Source of the DNA: Cenococcum geophilum
Lineage: Eukaryota
DNA length: 64,000 bases
Assembly: GCA_050273025.1 (NCBI GenBank)
Contig: CP158635.1
Location: 17,174,001-17,238,000 of the forward strand
Direction of reading: 5' to 3'
Below the pieces are notes generated by a model. That model ran no database searches. It saw only the letters and a program-made list of their open reading frames with translations, and was not told the DNA's origin. This document shows positions 12,671-26,084 of the stretch, piece by piece (position 1 is the first letter of the stretch; every line of letters starts with the position of its first letter). Made by a program: the position numbers and the translations under genes.

Positions 12671-14630
12671 GTGCGGATATATAAATATCTTTATTTTGGC
12701 TTATACGGATATCTTTATCTTAGCTTATATAGATATATTTATCTTAGTATATATAGATATTATTATCTTAGCGTATACGGATATTACAATATTAATTATA
12801 CCTATTAAATATAAGGTAGAGACTTAATTTCTACTTACGTAGTAGTAGAGAGGTAAGAGCTACTATTTTATTACTCTAAACCCGTAATAATAGTTAACCC
12901 GCAATAACAGCTAACTAGTATTTACTTAAATTCTATATCTAGCAACCCGGCGTTGCGTATAAGTGCTATAATACTACGCCTTATAAACGTAAGCTTATCC
13001 TTTATCTCACTTAGAGAATCTTTAAGCTTACTTAACTAGCGATCTATAGCCCGAATATCTTTTACTATCTTAATTACCTATTTATAAACTATATTAACGC
13101 GTGCGGAAATAGTAATTACTAAATATACCCCGACATTTTCCGTGCTAGTAGGAGCGGCAGTAATACTAGAAGCAGTACTAGGCGTGTTAGGAATTAGTAA
13201 AAGAATAGAAGGAGCAGTAGTAAAATAGGTACCCCTATGGCTGCGTATATTACTATAAGTAAAAGTCTTTAGAAAAAGGGAGGTCTCTAAAGGGGGGATA
13301 GTGCGGGTATAAAGCTATACGGATATTAGCAATATCCGTATTATTAAGATATAGATATTATACCTTCTTAGTAGGTATTTTGGCTAAATTACTAGCAGAA
13401 GCTAATTACGCATGTTTTTTACGCTAAGGTATAACTAGCTCTAGTTTTAGCAAACTATCCTATTATATATTAGCTAATAGAATAATAGTATACTATTAGC
13501 ATATACCTTTTCGCATAACCTACTACTTAAGCGGTATCTTAAGCACGCACCCCTAAAATATGGCCTAGAGTTCTGCTTATAAACGTAATATTTATAGTCT
13601 TACTTTACGTATAGAGTATATAGCGGATCGCGTAGCATACTAGAGCTACCCTTAATATTCTAGACGTGGGTATATATCCGCTAGTAAGCTTCCTTTATAT
13701 TCTCCTAAGCACTAGCTTTTAGGGTATACTATTTATTTACTAACAGCACTTAAATAGGAAGGCGCTCGTTTATGTTAATATCTAATATTATAGCTTAGGC
13801 CGTTTGCGTACTGCAAAGCTTATAAGGGCTGCGGAGATTATAAAAGGATAGAGGAGAGCTTTTAGAAGAGTCGGCGTTATTAAGATTATTTTCTTTATTG
13901 TTATCTAAAATCTCTAATATTTCTATTAGGTTACTATAAGAGGTAAATTAGTAGATAAGACACTAAAAGAGTATAGTTAACACATATGATTTAAAGGCTA
14001 TCTTATACTAAATATTTTACGCAGCAATTCTATTAGCCTGCCTCTTAAGAGAAGTAGAAGCACGATAAGAATTAAACTTCTTAAAAGTAGTAGGCGACGA
14101 AGAAATAAGCGGCTTAAAGGCAGGCGGCGAAGAGGTAAGCGGTAAAGAAGTAGGCAGCAAAGAGGCAGGCAGTAAAAAGGTAAGCGGATTTCCGGCGGAT
14201 TTCACAATAACCTTATTATAATACTCTGCTAGATCCGACAAAGAGTGCTTTAGTACGTATTTCCTAAAATTATATTAGCTATAGGCATAATTTAGTTTTA
14301 GAAAGCTTACTCTCTAGGTAAAGATTTTAAAGGATTAGTAAAAAAAAGAGCGTCCTTAAAAGCGTCCTTAATTATTTTATCGTTAATATTACGCTTATTA
14401 AGTTCCTTAACTAAATAGCTATTAGACGTATTTAGAGGTATAAAAGAAGGTATTATAAATAGTAGTATACTAATAGATAGTAGATAAAATAACAATAATA
14501 AAGTTTACGGTGCGATACTGTAAGGTAGAAGGTGCGAAGGTTAATTAAAGGTAAATATCCGCGCTATAGATTTTATTAAATTAGCTTACTAACAAATAAT
14601 TACTATAGTAACTTACTTTAGTAAATATTA
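12671..14630 (-). pseudogene. Unit 2 of the tandem duplication; degenerate multi-exon gene
   Basis: Track ORFs 14307-14495 and 14017-14241 correspond to two exons separated by a GTAAGC...TAG intron. The exon at ~13510-13750 reverts to C..C....NSRPYFGGAC.R....G.C.K. Confidence 0.6.
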
Positions 14631-14759
14631 ACTACCTTATATACGCTTATTTATAACGCGTAAATCCTTTATAGTTAAGTTACTACTAATTAAAGTAAGT
14701 GGGCGCTGTCTAGTTAACTTGCGAAGTAATATTAATATAGAATTACCGCTTAATTAAGG

Positions 14760-15741
14760 TGCTGGAGAAGGGTTATAAGCGGATATTAGGTTTACTTAGT
14801 AGGTAGATTTCTTACTTTTAAAATGCATAGATATGTTCTTTTATTTTCTCTTACTATAAGGCGGATCTAATATTAGCTAAGAGGCTTAAGGTATAGTAGC
14901 TTAAGAAGAACGGATAATATCTAGTTAAGAGAATTATAAGACACTTAAACTAAATAGCTAATATAATATAGGTTCTATAGGTTTTAGGAGCTTTAGGTAT
15001 AAACCTTAATATCTTTCTAAATAAAAATCTAATAGACTATTTAAATATATATGCGGAGATCGACACTTAATATCTGGATATTAATTAGAGCTCTACCTAA
15101 GTCTTAGTTAAATTAATAAATAAGTAAAACGCTAAGGAATATTAAATACTAACCTACTAAAGCTGCGTTATATCCAAAACTAAGGGCGAAGATTAAGCAC
15201 TAGGCTGTAGGTTCTAAGCTATACTTAGTTTAAAGAGCGGAGATTAAATATTAGACTGTAAATTCTAAGCTATACCTAATTTAGAAAGTGGGGATTAAGT
15301 ATTAGCATACGAATTCTAAACTATACCGCCTAGTTTAGAGGGCGGAGATTAAGTATTAGCCTATAAACCCTAAGCCTTAGAGTTTCCTAGGAGCGGAGAT
15401 CTAGTATTATAACTTAAATCCTAAGCCTTGGGATTTTCTAGGAGCGGAGATATAATACTATATTACGAATTCTAAATTTCCAGATTTCCTACTACCTGGG
15501 AACTGGTGCTACGGTATAGATCTTAAACTTTAGAATTTTTTATAATTAGAGATTTAGTGCTATATTGCGAATATTAAACCTTAGGCTTATTTAAAAGTTA
15601 AGACTTAGTGTTACACTATAAGCTCTAATACTTAGACTGCCCTAAGGATTTAGATTTAATGCTATACTATAAGCTTTAATATCTGGATTACTCTAAGGGT
15701 TAAGACTTAATGCTTCGCTATAAGCTCTAATATTTAGATTA
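14760..15741 (-). pseudogene. Probable low-complexity 3' end of the helicase gene, containing a 51-bp repeat
   Basis: Joins 26085-26733 once the 15742-26082 insertion is removed. The 51-bp period (17 codons) is frame-preserving. Coding status is inferred. Confidence 0.4.
15185..15741. repeat. Diverged 51-bp tandem repeat (continues at 26085-~26300)
   Basis: aagctctaat/aagctttaat recurs at 15620, 15671 and 15722; gcg.agattaa at 15186 and 15237. The unit ...gatta|ctctaagggttaagac is rejoined across the insertion. Confidence 0.8.
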
Positions 15742-16019
15742 CATCGGCAAAATATTGTCCCTTGTAAATGACCTCAGCTGCTAGAAGTTGGCGTCGTTAG
15801 CGGGCCATTAAGAGCATTAACCAACTTAACAAACCAGCCTATGTCGAGTTTATTTAACACGCAGCCTACGCGCAGCCTGCGCATAGCCTACGTAACCTAC
15901 GCAACCTACGCAACCTGCGCAACCTATATAACTTATAATTTTAGATAATAAAGGCTACTTTAAAGCCGTTTATAAAGCTATTAAGATAAATTATATATAC
16001 TTCTTTATATAATCTATTA

Positions 16020-16410
16020 TATCTACATCTGCTACCTATCTATATTGTCTACCTATCTATATTACCTACCTATCTATATTACTTACCTATCTATATTACC
16101 TACCTATCTATATTACCTACTTATCTACATCGCCTACCTATCTATATTATCTACCTGTCTATATTATCTACCTATCTATATTACCTACCTGTCTGTATTA
16201 CTTACCTATCTACATTACCTACCTATCTATATTGTCTACCTATTTACATTATCTATCTATCTACATCGCCTACCTATCTACATCGTCTACCGGTCTACAT
16301 TACCTACCTATCTATATTATCTACCTGTCTGCATCGCCTACCTATCTACATTGTCTACCTATTTATATTATCTACCTATCTATATTGCCTACCTATTTAT
16401 ATCTGCCTAT
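16020..16410. repeat. CTAC-based minisatellite (ctacctatctacatta, ~16-bp unit)
   Basis: Directly visible; also at 37230-37393, 43475-43735, 25020-25115, 44205-44295 and 46295-46470. Confidence 0.95.
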
Positions 16411-16635
16411 AGTGTCTAATTTAATTCGGGGGAGAGGTCGGCCTAATTAAAGGCTCTAATTAATTCAAATCGTTCTCTATAGCCGTTCGCTAGCTGTATA
16501 TTTAAACAGTAGTTATCTAGGGTGCCTCCCTAGGAGGCCTTAATTCGATTCGATTCGGTAATAAGCTCTAGATTAATTCAATTAATTAATTAAATTATTT
16601 GTGGTATTCGCTAGCTAGTTATTTAAACGGTCGTC

Positions 16636-16776
16636 GTCTGGTTCTAGTAACGGTCGTCTGCTAGTTCTAGCGACGGTCGTCTAGTTCTAGCGATGGTTAT
16701 CTAGTTCTAGCGACGGTCGTCTAGTTCTAGCAACGGTTGTCTAGTTCTAGCGACGGTTATCTGGTTCTGGCGACGG
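16636..16776. repeat. 20-bp tandem repeat ctagttctggcgacggtcgt (continues at 24819-25020)
   Basis: Directly visible and split by Gypsy A2. Further arrays at 25350-25475, 43960-44200, 44530-44650 and 46540-47260. Confidence 0.95.
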
Positions 16777-19700
16777 TGTAACAGAACCTTGTAGTAGGAA
16801 CTACGATAGGTTCTGTTAATAGGCTAGGTGTATAGGAAATGCAAAGATAGTAGTTAACAATGTAATAATAACTGGTGGAGTGGTTGCCTAACAGATTAAC
16901 TCTAATTGTATTCTAAGAATTACTATAAGGAAGGAACTACCTAGGTAGGGACTAAGGGTCCTTAAATATACAACCATACTCCTAAGAAATCCTTCTTATA
17001 CGTAATGTATGTCTTATCTATATTAAACGTAACGTCCCTTATATTTATTATAGATAACACGTCCAACTATTATATAACTTACTTACTATTCCTTATTATA
17101 TAGTTCTACGGGTTCTATTCTGGTTTATACCTATATTAACTAACTAGCTTTTTCTAACTCTTCTTTAAGTAGTTATAATATTGTACTTAAAGCGTCCGTA
17201 ATACTATCTCCCTCCTCTTTATCTTTATTCTTAAAGATACCTAGTATCTCTAGGTTATTTATTAGAGGTATAATATCTATCTAATTAATTTGGTTAATAT
17301 TATTACTTATTATACCTAAAGCAATTTCTTCTCTCTCTTAGGTTAAGCGTCGCCTTTATACCGTTTCCTTGATACTATTACTAGGTAAAGTAATAGCAAT
17401 TCCTTACTCTTATTATATAAAAGAGGGGTTAAGTTACATTATAATTATAAGTTCCTTTAGTTACTAACCTTCCTCTTGTTTTAAATGCACTTACGCCAAT
17501 ATATATTTATTATGTGACATTTATTCTATATCCGATATTAAGTATACGCGTCCTATTACTCTTAATAGTTTTTAAGTTCCTTAAGTAATTTGTTATAGGG
17601 TTTTATATTTAATCTGCCGCTATAAAGCTTAATAATAAGCTGGCCTTTATACTGCTTAAGGTTTAGTATACCTTAGAAGAGTCCGCACGTGTCCTTAAAG
17701 CTTAGCGTCTAGCTTATACTTATCTTTAGCGTTTAGAATATATTCGTAAAAAAGTTCATTCTAAGGAGTGGAAGCTTATTTAATAAGGTCTTTAGGAGCT
17801 GGGTAATAAGAGAACTAACTCTCCTCCTATAGTGAGGGGAATAACTCTAAGTAGTTTAGCAGTCGCTTTTCCTGGGTCCCCCTTAGGTAACTCGTTCTTT
17901 AATAATCCTTCTTTATTAATATTGCCTAACCTATTTTCTTCCGATACTCCTATACCTTTCCTATAGCGTTCTTTAAGTTCTCTAGTGGCTTCTAGGTAGT
18001 CTTAGTATAGCCTATCTACTTAACCTTATACTATATTTTATTATCTATATCCTTATAACTAATAATCTTTAAAACTTACTATTTGTCTTCTTCTTAACCT
18101 CTATATATATCTGCCTTATAAACTAGTGACTTAATATTCCTATATGCTAGCTCTAGTATCGCGATATGCTATATAGGGTAGATCTTTATTTTAGCTAGTA
18201 GGTTTAACTTAAATATGACTGGTGAAATCCTTTATATAATTTTAAAAGGTCCTAGTCTAACGTGGTCCAACTTCTTGCTTAGTTATTAACTTTTAAAAAT
18301 TTTATACAGTAGCCATACTTTATCTCCCTCCTTAAGATCTGGTCCCTTAGATCTCTTAGCATTATAGTACTTTTTTATTCTTTGCTATACTGCCTTAGCT
18401 GTTTCCATAAGGTTTACATAAAGATTTATTAAAGTCTCTATTCTCTACTTAGCTTTACTACTCGTTTTCTTTGCTTAATATAGCGATAATAATGTTCTTA
18501 GCTCGTATTTATAATTCGCCTTAAATAGTAACATACCCATTTCTTCCTGTGGTGTTGTATTATATATAAACTGTATAACTAGTAATAGTAATACCTAATT
18601 ATTCTATGCGTGATTAATATAATGCCTTAGATACTGCTCTAGTGTCTAGTTTAATCTTTCCGTTTAATCGTCTATTTGCGGATAATATGCGGTGGAAGTT
18701 ACTACTTAAACTCCTTATTCCGCCAAGAATACCTCCTAGAATACTGTTACGAATCTTAAATCTCTATCTAATATAATTTTACTTAGTGCTCTATATTTTG
18801 CAAATACTTCTTTAATATAGATTCTAGCGATATCTTCCGCTAAGATTTCTTCTGTATAGGCTATAAAGTATCCCTACTTTGTAAGCTTGTCTACTATTAC
18901 TAAGATTGCGTTATAATCTTATTCGGTAATAGGATCTCTTAACTTTAGTAACTTAATAATAAAGTCCTATAATATAACCTCCTATAGTCTCTCTGGTGTT
19001 TTAATAGGTTATAGCCCTCTATACGGCTTATGCCTTATTAGTTTATTCCTTTAGCAATCTAAATACTCTTTAGTAACTCTTCTGGCTATCCTCTAGATTC
19101 CGTTAATAATATACTCCTCCTAAAGTCTTAACACTAAGCCTATAGCTCCATTATGTCCTTAAGTTAGTCCCTTATAGAAGTCCTCTATAAACTGCTTTAC
19201 TATGCTTCTTAGAATGTACTTCGCTTCTTAGTTTTCGTATATATCTAACTATAGATCTTCTAGCTGCGCTTCTAGAATTCTTTATGCCTAAAAGCTTTCT
19301 AGTGTCTTATAGACCTTTTCTAACTTATCCTTTTAAGTTACTGCGATTTTTAGATAATTATACCTAATTAGTCTATCTGTATCTTTTTGCAGTAAAGCCC
19401 CTAATAGCTTATCGTTATTTTATAGTTTAGCCTTTTAACTTAACGCGTTAGCTTGCGTGTTGTCTATACCCTTAGTATGCTAAATCTTAAAATAGTATTT
19501 TATAAGCATCTCTACCTATCTAACCTGCCTTTAATTAAGTTCCTTTATCGTTAGAAATCCTATTAGGTTTTTATAATCCGTCTTAACTATAAATAGTTTC
19601 TCTATACCTTGTAAAAATGCTCTTTATTTCTTTAGTACTATAACTATACCTAATAACTCCTTATTATAGATGTTATAGTTTAACTCTAGTAGTGTTATCT

Positions 19701-22700
19701 TCTAACTATAGTATGCTACTAAATACTATCCGTCTAGATGCCTTTGTATAAAATATACTCCTAGTATAAAGTCTAATGTATCTGTTTCTATAACCGTTTC
19801 TAGCCCTAGTTAATAGATTTTAAGAACTGGCTCCTAGGTAAATAACTCTTTAATTTTCTTAAAAAGTTTTTACTGTTCCTCTCCCTATACCTATAGTTCT
19901 TCTTTCTTCGTTAATCGTATGAATAGTTTAATATTCTTTAACTATTGCGCTATAAACCTTCTACAGTAATTGCAAAACCCTAGGAACGATTTTAACTGCG
20001 TAACGTTCTCTAGTTCTTGCTAATTTACTATGGCCTTAATCTTCTTTAGATCTATACTAAGTTGGCCTAGTTTAATAATAAATCTAACAAAATTGGTCTT
20101 CCTTGTAAAGAACTCGCATTTCTTAATTGCTACTAGCATTTGTTCTTCTTATAGTCTCTTTAAAACCTATTTAACGTGTTCTCTATACTCTTCCTTGTTT
20201 ATTAAGTAGATAATAATATTATTAAGGTATACCATAATAAATTTATCTAAATATTCTCCTAATATATTGTTAATTCGCTTCTGGAACGTTACTAGTGCGT
20301 TTATAAGCCCAAATTGTATAACTAATAGTTTATATAGTCCTTCCTTTAACCTAAAGGCTGCCTTTTATTTGTCGCCTTCCTTAATCCTAATCTAATGGTA
20401 CGCCTATCTTAGATCTATCTTTATAAAGATTTGTATATTACCTATCCTATTTTAGATCTCGCTAATTAAGGGTAAAGGATACCTATTCTTCCTGGTAATG
20501 CTATTTAACTATCTATAGTTAATACACAGCCTTAGTTTGCTATTATTTTTGGTATAAACAGTACTAGATAACCCGCTAATAACTACAATAGTCTAATGTA
20601 TCCCTTTTATAAGTTTTTTTTAGATAAACTCTTTTAATGCTCTACCTTCTTCTTTAGTAAGCTTATAGATTAGAAAGAACCTTAGACTTATTCCTAGTTC
20701 TAATTCTATTTTATAGTCCTATGCTGCATACTCTAATAGCTTTTTACTCTTAGGTGACTATAGTTTCTTGCTATACTTGTAGTATCTTTTTGGTATATAG
20801 CTTAGCCCTTTTTCCGTTTCTTTATAGGTCGCTTTTACTTAGTACTATACTAACTTAGTTTATTGTCGCATCTTATGGCGTTATATATCTCTAATATTAA
20901 CCTAACCTATAACCTAATTAATCTTCGGATTATATTCCTGTAACTAAGGCATTTCTAATACTGCCTTATTATTCCCTAATGGTAATATATTAAAAGACAT
21001 TTCAACTTATCTTCCTTTAATGGTTAGCTAAATAGGTCCTATTTTAAGATTAATAATGCCTCCTCCGTAGGCTATTGGATCTCCTAAAATCGTTATTAAT
21101 AGGTAAGGACATTCCTTCTATCTATGTGGTAACCCTATTCTTTTAACTGCTGCTAGCAAGATATAGTTTCTTATTGCTCCACTATCTATTAATGCCTTAA
21201 ACTGTTAATTTTGCTATTTAACTTATAAATTTAGGTATTGTCCTTAAATTCCTTTAAGGGTCTAAGGCTCTACTACTAGCTTCCTTTGGTCCCGTAGGCC
21301 TCTACTTTTCCTAACTACTAGCTGCTAGATCCTACTTATACTTAGTCCAACTTAGGCCAATACTTAGTTTGTTTTTTGTCTTCGATATACTATAGATAGG
21401 TGTTCTCTAGACATTTCTACTATTGTCGTCCTTCTAGGCATTCTTCCGTAAGGAATTTTCCTAGTTAAAGTGTTAAGTCTCCTTATTTTTAAACTTCTAC
21501 TAGGTGCCAACCATGCATATACTTAGCATTTCGATACTTTGCCTTATCCGTTATCCAATATATCCTTATTAAATACTTTCGATTTTTATCCTTTGGTGCT
21601 CTATATATGTTGCATGTATTATCCACATATGCTATCCATAATAGTATGTAATATGCTTAATATCTTAGGTTAACTCTTAGCTTATCTTTGTCCTTAAGTT
21701 TAAACCTTTCTTATATTAATTTAAGCGTTGCGACTTTATTTGCAGGTACTAAGATACGCCTCTCGCTTCTCCAGTCCTCTAATTGCTCCTCTAAATCCTT
21801 TAATGTTATAATTAAGGCTTCCTTAATATAAGTTATAGCCTTCTCTATAATCGGGTGGTCTTAGACAACTTTCTTGTCTAACTATATATAGAAATCTTTC
21901 TACTTATTATTATGTCGTTGCCTATACTACTTTTAATATAGCTGCTTAAGTATATACGGCTTATCCGTAAGGAAATATCTCCTCATTACTACGTTATAAT
22001 AGCCTTTAGTATATTATTCCTTAAACCTAGTAGGAATCCCTAGATCCTCTTCTTATTCTAGTTTAGTAAGCCACTTGGCTCTTAGTGTGCCTACTCTAGG
22101 CCTATTAGTGATCTTTTATACTGGCGCTCTATCCCTTATACGTCCTAATATATTAGATCTCTTATCTAGTTTCTGTTCTTGCCATAAGGTAATTCTTATC
22201 CTAAATTCTTCTATGGTTTCTTTTACGTCGCGTCTTACAAGTGGATCCTTAAAGTCTTTATACTTCTTAATCTTAGTATTAACTTTTTAATCTTTAGGCT
22301 AAACATTATATTCCCTTAGTAAGTCTTCTAGGTCTATATATCTGTCTCCCAGTCTAATTACTATTTACACTGCAGATTCTCTAATCTATAAAGAAGCTCC
22401 TTATCTCTTACTTATGGGTATTCTAATTCACACTCCGAATTCTTAACCCCTTGGATTCTTTAATCCCGAGCTTACTTTTAACTTAAGCTTAGCTCTAGCC
22501 TTAGTCCAACTAGGCTTTATTAGTGTCCTTATCTTATCTTAAGAGTCCTAGATCTTACTTATCTCTTCTTAAGAATCTTATGCCATTAGGAATTCTTATC
22601 CCGAGCTTATTTGTATGTCTTTAAACTAAGCTGCTACCCTACTTTATTAATTTTTGTCTATTATGGGTCTTTAAGCTTACCTTATCTTGTCTTAAGAATC

Positions 22701-24813
22701 TTAGTTATCTCTTATCTTATTATAAGAATCTTAAGCCTTTAGCCTTTTGCCTTTATTAAGTGGTAAGCTAGCACTAGCAGTCATCTACTTGCTTAATCGT
22801 CCTTAGATATTACTTCTTCCGTCTTATAAAGTAATAGACGCTGTGTTTAACGGTGTTATAATACCCGTTACTGAACCTTGCTCTATAGCGGTTTTAGTCT
22901 CTACTTCTATTACGTTATTAAGGTTTAGATACCCCCAGTTAGTTCCTTTACTATTCTCGTCGCTATTAATTAATAAGTACTTTAACTCTATTGTTATTAT
23001 TGCTAATTATTATCTATATATTGCTATAACATCTTAATTTAGCTTATAGAGTTAATCTTATTTTTTATTTAACTCTTTAGTTCCTCTAAGTCCTTTTAAC
23101 TCTAGCTTTTATAGCTAATAGCTTACACTATACTTGGCGTCTTTATAAATTTAGCATACGTTATTATAATAAAACGTAAAACTTTTAATTAAATATTCTT
23201 TTATTCCTTATAATATACTATTATCCCTCTATACGTGTGTGTTATATACTATTAGTTTAGTTCCCTTTATTATATAGTAACTCTAACTATCTTTATAATC
23301 CCTTGCGAAGTAACTCTATTTTCTATAATTTATATAAGCTCCGTCTCTAAACTATTAACTTTATTATAGAGTCCGCCTAAATATCTTCTACTATTAAGAT
23401 CCCTGGTTTAGCCTCTACTCTTTAGTTCTGTAATTACTCGATCCTTAACCTCTAGGTTTTTATAGTTTCTTACTCCATCTCTTATAGGCTTTTTTAATAC
23501 TACTTAGGTCTATTAGCTTTGCGCTATACTATAGTTTCTAACTTGGCTTTGGTTGTTGCGTACTCTGTATCTTATACAACTATAGAACTCTATCCTGGCC
23601 TTTCTTAGCCTGTTCCCTTTGGAAGATCCTATTATTAATCTTAATCGCTTAATCTATTAATTCCCTTAGGGTGTCCGCATCTTCTATTAGAATAATTACG
23701 TCCTAGACTTTAGCCTTAAGTCCTTATTTATACTATACTATAAGCGCCTTATTATTCCATTTGACCTATATTATAAGTGTTTAAAACTATATTGTGTACT
23801 TAATTACTAAAGTTCGCTATATTAGGTCCTAAAGCTTTCTCTTTACTATAGTTATTGCTTCCGGGTCCCTAAACATCTATATTAATCGCTCCGCGAATTC
23901 TGCCTAGCTAGAAAATATAAATTATACCTCTTAATTAGTAGTAGTTATTCTATTAGTTTATATTTCTATTAAGTAGGGTTTAAACTATTTAAGCGCCCGA
24001 CCCGTTAGGAATAGTCCTACGTAGGCTATTTAGTCTATTATTGTGGCTAACTTAGCCCCTTCTTACATGACTTTAAAATGCATCTATATTAGAAATCCTT
24101 TAAGCTTTAATCTTTCCCCTAAGAATCGTTTGATTAATAATAACTTAACCTTTACTACTCCAATTCTATTAAGTCTATTCTTAAGTACCATATTATTTTC
24201 TATTAATTAATCCACTATTTTTTGTAATTATCCTACCGTTATAGGTTATTGCGAGTCAGTGTCCGCTATATTAGTGTTACCCCCTAACCTTAAAGTAGTT
24301 GCCGCCGTTAATAGCGTTGTGGTGGCTGCTTTTGGTGGCATATTATTTAACTTTTTATATTTAATACTATAACTAGGTAGTAATTGTGTAACGGAACCTT
24401 ATAGTAGGAACTACAATGGGTTCTATTAATGGGCTAGGTATATAGGAAATGTAAAGATAGTAGTTAACAACGTAATAATAACTGGTAGAGTGGTTACCTA
24501 ATAGATTAACTCTAATTATATTCTGAGAATTACTATAAGGAAGGAACTACCTAGGTAGGAACTAAGGGTCCTTAAATACACAACCGTACTCCTAAGAAAT
24601 CCTTCTTATACATGATATACGTCTTATCTATATTAAATGTAACGTCCCTTACGTTTATTGCAGATAACACGTCCAACTATTATGTGACTTGCTTACCATT
24701 CTTTGTTATATAGTTCTACGGGTTCCATCCTGGTCCGTGCCTGTATTAATTAACTAGCTTCTTCTAACTCTTCTCTAAGTAGTCGTAAAATTGTACTTAA
24801 AGCGTCCGTAATA
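16777..24813 (-). mobile_element. Ty3/Gypsy family A copy 2 (complete; divergent subfamily)
   Basis: 427-bp LTRs at 16777-17203 and 24387-24813. TSD GACGG at 16772-16776 and 24814-24818. gag ATG at 24341 on the minus strand. Reverse complement of A1. Confidence 0.97.
17312..17998 (+). pseudogene. Antisense Zn2Cys6-like/coiled-coil gene of Gypsy A2
   Basis: Retains tcc tct tgt ttt aaa tgc (Cys4/Cys5) and tgt gac (Cys6). Inferred intron ~17544-17598. Exon 2 reads ...KVHSKEWKLI..GL.EL. Confidence 0.65.
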
Positions 24814-25584
24814 GACGGTTATCTAGTTTTAGCGACGTTCGTCTAGTTCTGGCGACGGTTATCTAGTTCTAGCAACGGTCGTCTAGTTCTGGCGACGGTT
24901 ATCTAGTTCTGGCGACGGTCGTCTAGTTTTGGCGACGGTTGTGGTTTTAGCGACGGTTATCTAGTTCTGGTGACGGTTGTCTAGTTCTAACGACGGTCGT
25001 CTAGTTTTGGTAACGGTTCTTTTCTACCTGCTTACCTGCCTGCCTACCTACTTGTTTACCTACCTACTTATTTATTTACCTACCTACCTGCCTACCTACC
25101 TGCTTATCTACCTACGTTAATGTCTAATTTAATTTAGGGGAGGAGTTAGCCTAATTAAAGGCTCTTATTAATTTAAATCGTTCTCTATAGCCGTTCGCTA
25201 GCTATATATTTAAATAGTAGTTATCTAGGGTGCCTTCCTAGGAAGTCTTAATTTAATTTAGTAATAGGCCGATATTAAAGCTCTAGTTTAATTTAATTAA
25301 TTAATTAATTAAATTATTTATAGTATTTGCTAGCTGGTTATTTAAACGGTTATTATTTAGTTTTAGCAATAGTTATCTAGTTCTAGCAATAGTTATCTAG
25401 TTTTGGCGACAGTTATCTAGTTCTAGTAATAGTTATTTAGTTTTAGTAACGGTTGTCTAGTTCTAGTAATAGTCCTCTACTAGCTGCCGTTCCAGTACCT
25501 CCTAAGGTAAGGAGGATATAAAGAAGGGTAAAAAATAAGGTGGCTATAAAGGGGGTAACTTAGTAGAGGTATGTGCGGGGACCT

Positions 25585-25795
25585 AATATAGAGCTTTATA
25601 CAGAGCCTTATATAGAGTATCTATACATAGAGCTTTATATAGAGCCTTTATTATAGAGCTTTATATAGAGCTTCGTATAGAGCCTTATATAGAGCCTCGT
25701 GTAGAGCCTTATATAGAGCCTTATATAAAGCCTTATATAAAGCCTTATATAAAGCCTTTATCGTAGAGCTTTATATAGAGCTTTATATAGAGCCT
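25585..25795. repeat. 12-bp repeat agagctttatat
   Basis: Directly visible. Homologous arrays at 44765-44878 and 47430-48324, and inverted at 49700-49858. Confidence 0.95.
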
Positions 25796-26084
25796 CTTAA
25801 GTATATAATTTAAAAATAATATATTATATTACCTTAATTATATATTAAGGAATATATAAGTTAGTTAACTGTGTATTATTTAACCTTTAAATATATTAAG
25901 TTAGTTAATTGCAGGTCAATTACAGGTTAATTATATATTATTTAACTTTTAAATATATTAAGTTGGTTAACTGCGTATTATTTAACTTTTAAATGTGTTA
26001 AGTTAGTTAACTATATATTAATTACACGAAACGCGCTTAATAAAGTCGACTTAAAACCTAGCCTGCGAATATTTTCCTAATATA

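Larger units (their letters stand above)
15742..26082. mobile_element. Non-autonomous TIR element with CATC termini, copy 1 (~2.3 kb native, split by Gypsy A2)
   Basis: Left end catcggcaaaatatt; right end aatattttcctaata (RIP form of aatattttcccgatg). 2-bp TSD TA/TA. Colinear with 36953-45123. Confidence 0.85.

Noticed and set aside
16045..16450. Tyr/Leu-rich ORFs
   Set aside because: Translation of the CTAC minisatellite.
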